A stretch of 64,000 nt of DNA from Myxococcales bacterium (GTDB taxonomy: Bacteria; Myxococcota_A; Polyangia; Palsa-1104; SHYY01), in NCBI GenBank assembly GCA_009692555.1, contig SHYY01000001.1, forward strand, positions 27,393 to 91,392, read 5' to 3'. Below, piece by piece: positions 61,390 through 64,000 of the stretch; the first letter of the stretch is position 1; each line of letters begins with the position of its first letter. The translations under genes and the position numbers were made by a program. Below the pieces are notes generated by a model, which was not told the origin of the DNA, ran no database searches, and saw only the letters and a list, made by a program, of their open reading frames with translations.

Positions 61390-61956
61390 CTACATGCAGG
61401 TCCCCTCGATGCAGCGCTCCGCGTCGGGTTTGAACAGCGCTCGCAGGTAGCCGCAGCCGCCGTAGTTTGTTCCGATGTTTGCCGTGCTCCCGTCGGGGCA
61501 GATCACCTGTCCGGTCTTCTCGTCGAGGACCAGGGTCGCGCCCGCGCGCCAGAGGGTGAAGCGCGGGGCGGTCTCGAGGCTCACCGCGTCGCCCTCCATG
61601 CACACGCCGCCCGGCCCCTTCCACGTCCCGTGCGCGGTCTTCGGTGCGGCCCCGCTCGACGTCACCAGCTTCGAGCCGTTGCTCCAGCAGATGTTGTCGT
61701 AGTTCTTGTGATCGCTCATCCGGGTGCCGGTACCCGCCGCGATGTAGCAGCCTCAGACCGGCTGGAAAAACCACTGCGCGCAGGTACCGGCGACGAGGGT
61801 CCCCTCGCAAAACGTCAAGCCGGCGAAATCCACCGGTCCCGCATCACGGATCGCACCGCCACCGCCGTCGCCGTGGCCCCCGTCGCCTCCGCCCGGGGTG
61901 AGCCCGTCGACGTGACAGCCTGCGAACAGCATGAGGAGCCCGAGCACGATCCGCAT
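61390..61956 (-). CDS. Small Cys-rich lipoprotein whose reading frame is interrupted by a single in-frame TGA at 61753-61755
   Basis: MRIVLGLLMLFAGCHVDG lipobox ...CAQWFFQPV-TGA-GCYIAAGTGTRMSDHKNYDNICWSNGSK...ERCIEGTCM. Both halves are in the same frame and both look coding. This is one of three things: a two-ORF arrangement, a nonsense mutation, or a selenocysteine codon. Confidence 0.45.
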
Positions 61957-62015
61957 CCGCGGATGCCTACCACGGTCCCGCGCGTGCTAGGATGGGCCCA
62001 TCGATCAAGGTAGCA

Positions 62016-64000
62016 CATGAAGCGGGCACGCCTCGCCTTCGCCCTGCTCCTCCTGCCGCTGTCCGCCCGCGCGCAGATCAAGACCTTCACCACCGACGTC
62101 GACTTCGACGCCGGCCAGCTGGTGCAGGTGGCCCACCCGCCCGCCAACCAGATCCAGCTGGGCCCCACGCCGGTCACCAAGACCACCAACGTCTGGGCCT
62201 GCCACACCACCTCGTCGATGGTGGTGCGGATCGACACCAACACCGGGAAGCAGACCGGGCGCTACGACGCCGCGCTGCAGTTCATCAACGGCGTCCCCAC
62301 CGGCGCCGACGCACCGCTGACCGCGACCAACTACCCACGCCGCGTCGCCGTCGACAACGCGGGAGACGTGTGGATCTCGAACGGCGCCTTCGGCGGTGGC
62401 CGCCAGGGAACGCTCTCCAAGTTCTCGGGCCTCGTCGAGCACTGCATCGATCGCAATCACAACGGCAAGATCGACACCTCGGTGGACGCGAACAACGACG
62501 GCATCATCGACACCAACAACGGCGCCGAGTACTTCGGCCAGAACGACGAGTGCATTCTCACCACGATCAAGATCGGCGCCGTCGGGGCCACCCCCCGCGG
62601 CGTGGCGGTCGACCGCAACGGCAAGGTGTGGGTCAGCGAGAATCAGTGCGTCACGCCGCCCTGCAAGCTCTATCGCTTCAATCCCGCCGAGCCGGTCGCG
62701 CTCGAGAAGACCGTCAGCGTCGACGGGAACCCCTACTCGATGGCCTCCGGAGGCCAGTACGTGTTCTACGGCCACAATGGCGGCGGGATCACCGGACGGA
62801 TCGATATCGACACGCTGGCGGTCGAATACATCAAGAACTGCCCGGCCTTCTACGGCGCGCTGGTCGCCCACCCGAACGGCAACACCTCCTGGTATGGCAA
62901 CTCCAGCGGCGGATTGATCAAGGCGGATTGGGTCAACAAGACCTGCACCAACCTCGGCGGTCCGCCGATCTACACCGTATCGCTCGACAAGGATTTCAAC
63001 GTGTGGGCCGGCCACGCTGGCGGCGCTTACGTCGTCAAGTGGCCCGCCGCCGGGGGTGCCCCCATCCAGATCAACACCGTCGGTCCCTACCACGGCGTGT
63101 CGGTCGATTTCGCCGGGTTCGTCTGGTTCAACGGCTACGGCGGCAACTACAACGTCACCAAGGTCGACCCGATCAAGAACACGGTGCTGGCGAACTACCG
63201 CTACGACTGCCCGAATTGCCCGAATCCGAAGGGGATCGACTACAGCTCCTACCTCTACTCCGACTTCACCGGCTATCAGGTCAATCGCCAGGCGCCCTAT
63301 ACCTATTTCGGCACCTGGAACGGCACCTTCGACGGTGGCGGCGACGGGATCCCCTGGTCCAAGGTGGTCTACAATCAGGAGGGACAGGGCGGGACGCCGT
63401 GCGACAACGCCAACAATCGCTGCACCACGTTGAAGATGTTCGTGCGCGCGGCGGACGATCCGAAGAAGCTCCCGACGGTGGGATTCACCCCGGTGCAGAA
63501 TGGCGCGGCATTGAAGGGAATCGTCGGGCGCTACGTCGAGGTGGAGGCCGATCTGAACGGCCCGGGCTACCTGACGCCGGTGCTCTCCGACGTCCAGATC
63601 GTCGGCCCGTGCGGCCAGGGATTCGGCGACAGCTGCTGCATCAAGCCGGCCGACTGCGACGACAAGAACCCCTGCACGATCGACGTCTGCCCCTCGCCTG
63701 CGGCGCAGTGCAAGCACACCGCGAAGGCCTCCTGCTGCGCCAAGGACGCCGATTGCAACGACAAGAACGCCTGCACCACCGATAAATGCCCGGTTCCCGG
63801 CGGGATGTGCACCAACGCGAAGATCGCCAACTGCTGCAACATCGACGGCGACTGCGGCGACGGCAACCTGTGCACCGAGGACAAGTGCTCGGGGGTCGGC
63901 GGGGCGTGCTCCCACCCGCCGCTGATGGGCTGCTGCAACTCGAACGCCGACTGCGAGGACGGGAACTCCTGCACCATCGATCTCTGCTCCGGCCCCGGCG
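62016..64000 (+). CDS. Secreted NHL-repeat beta-propeller protein with C-terminal Myxococcus-type cysteine-rich repeats (TIGR02232-like); runs off the window end
   Basis: Signal peptide MKRARLAFALLLLPLSARAQ. NHL-like RRVAVDNAGDVWISN, RGVAVDRNGKVWVSEN and HGVSVDFAGFVWFNG. C-terminus has CCIKPADCDDKNPCTIDVC, CCAKDADCNDKNACTTDKC, CCNIDGDCGDGNLCTEDKC and CCNSNADCEDGNSCTIDLC. The ORF track does not list it because no stop falls inside the window. Confidence 0.75.

Noticed and set aside
61345-61810. ORF-track N-terminal 155 codons of the 842-aa DUF4139 ORF
   Set aside because: The translation is Arg-rich noise and overlaps a much better coding frame, the Cys-rich lipoprotein gene at 61390-61956.

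Overview
This is a very high-GC (about 72-75%) bacterial chromosomal window. Myxococcus-type cysteine-rich repeats, many large secreted lipoproteins with FG-GAP, VIT/VWA, NHL and DUF4139 domains, and an Anaeromyxobacter-like GC content point to Myxococcota. Gene density is high. Strand-coupled neighbours often overlap as ATGA, GTGA or TGATG (stop codon overlapping the next start).

Recognisable housekeeping genes:
- an argAB-argC-argH arginine biosynthesis operon
- an OPT oligopeptide transporter
- a cspA cold-shock gene with a textbook Rho-independent terminator
- selO
- a GMC oxidoreductase next to a Rieske oxygenase
- a MarR regulator

The remainder is dominated by accessory, envelope-associated proteins:
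- A secreted cysteine-rich island at about 26-36 kb, including two tandem giant (more than 900 aa) Cys-rich repeat lipoproteins.
- Three VIT+VWA proteins. Two are tandem giant paralogs (45.7-54.1 kb) that sit downstream of an FHA-GAF-nucleotidyl-cyclase gene.
- A tandem DUF4140/DUF4139 pair.
- A TadG-like gene divergent from an FHA coiled-coil gene.

The observations most worth a second look:
1. A roughly 180-bp repeat containing a (GACTAC)n hexamer microsatellite together with a four-helix-bundle (PF05635-like) gene occurs twice. Each copy abuts and 5'-truncates a minus-strand host gene (an FG-GAP protein at 4.3 kb and znuB at 42.4 kb). This suggests a small insertion element.
2. The znuA-x-znuB zinc-uptake locus is decayed: znuC is absent, znuB is 5'-truncated and frame-broken, and znuA has TAG in place of a conserved Trp codon.
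3. A roughly 170-bp GC-rich interspersed repeat family has two intergenic copies, and one 39-bp module of it is tandemly duplicated in-frame inside a CDS.
4. A Cys-rich lipoprotein gene contains an in-frame TGA.
5. At least four single-base frame breaks occur in otherwise good genes. This may be an assembly-quality issue or genuine pseudogenisation.

No rRNA, tRNA, CRISPR array or transposase was seen.

Coordinate precision varies. Coordinates taken from the ORF track are exact. Coordinates I read by eye from the sequence (repeats, terminators, the start near 62016) may be off by 1-3 nt.
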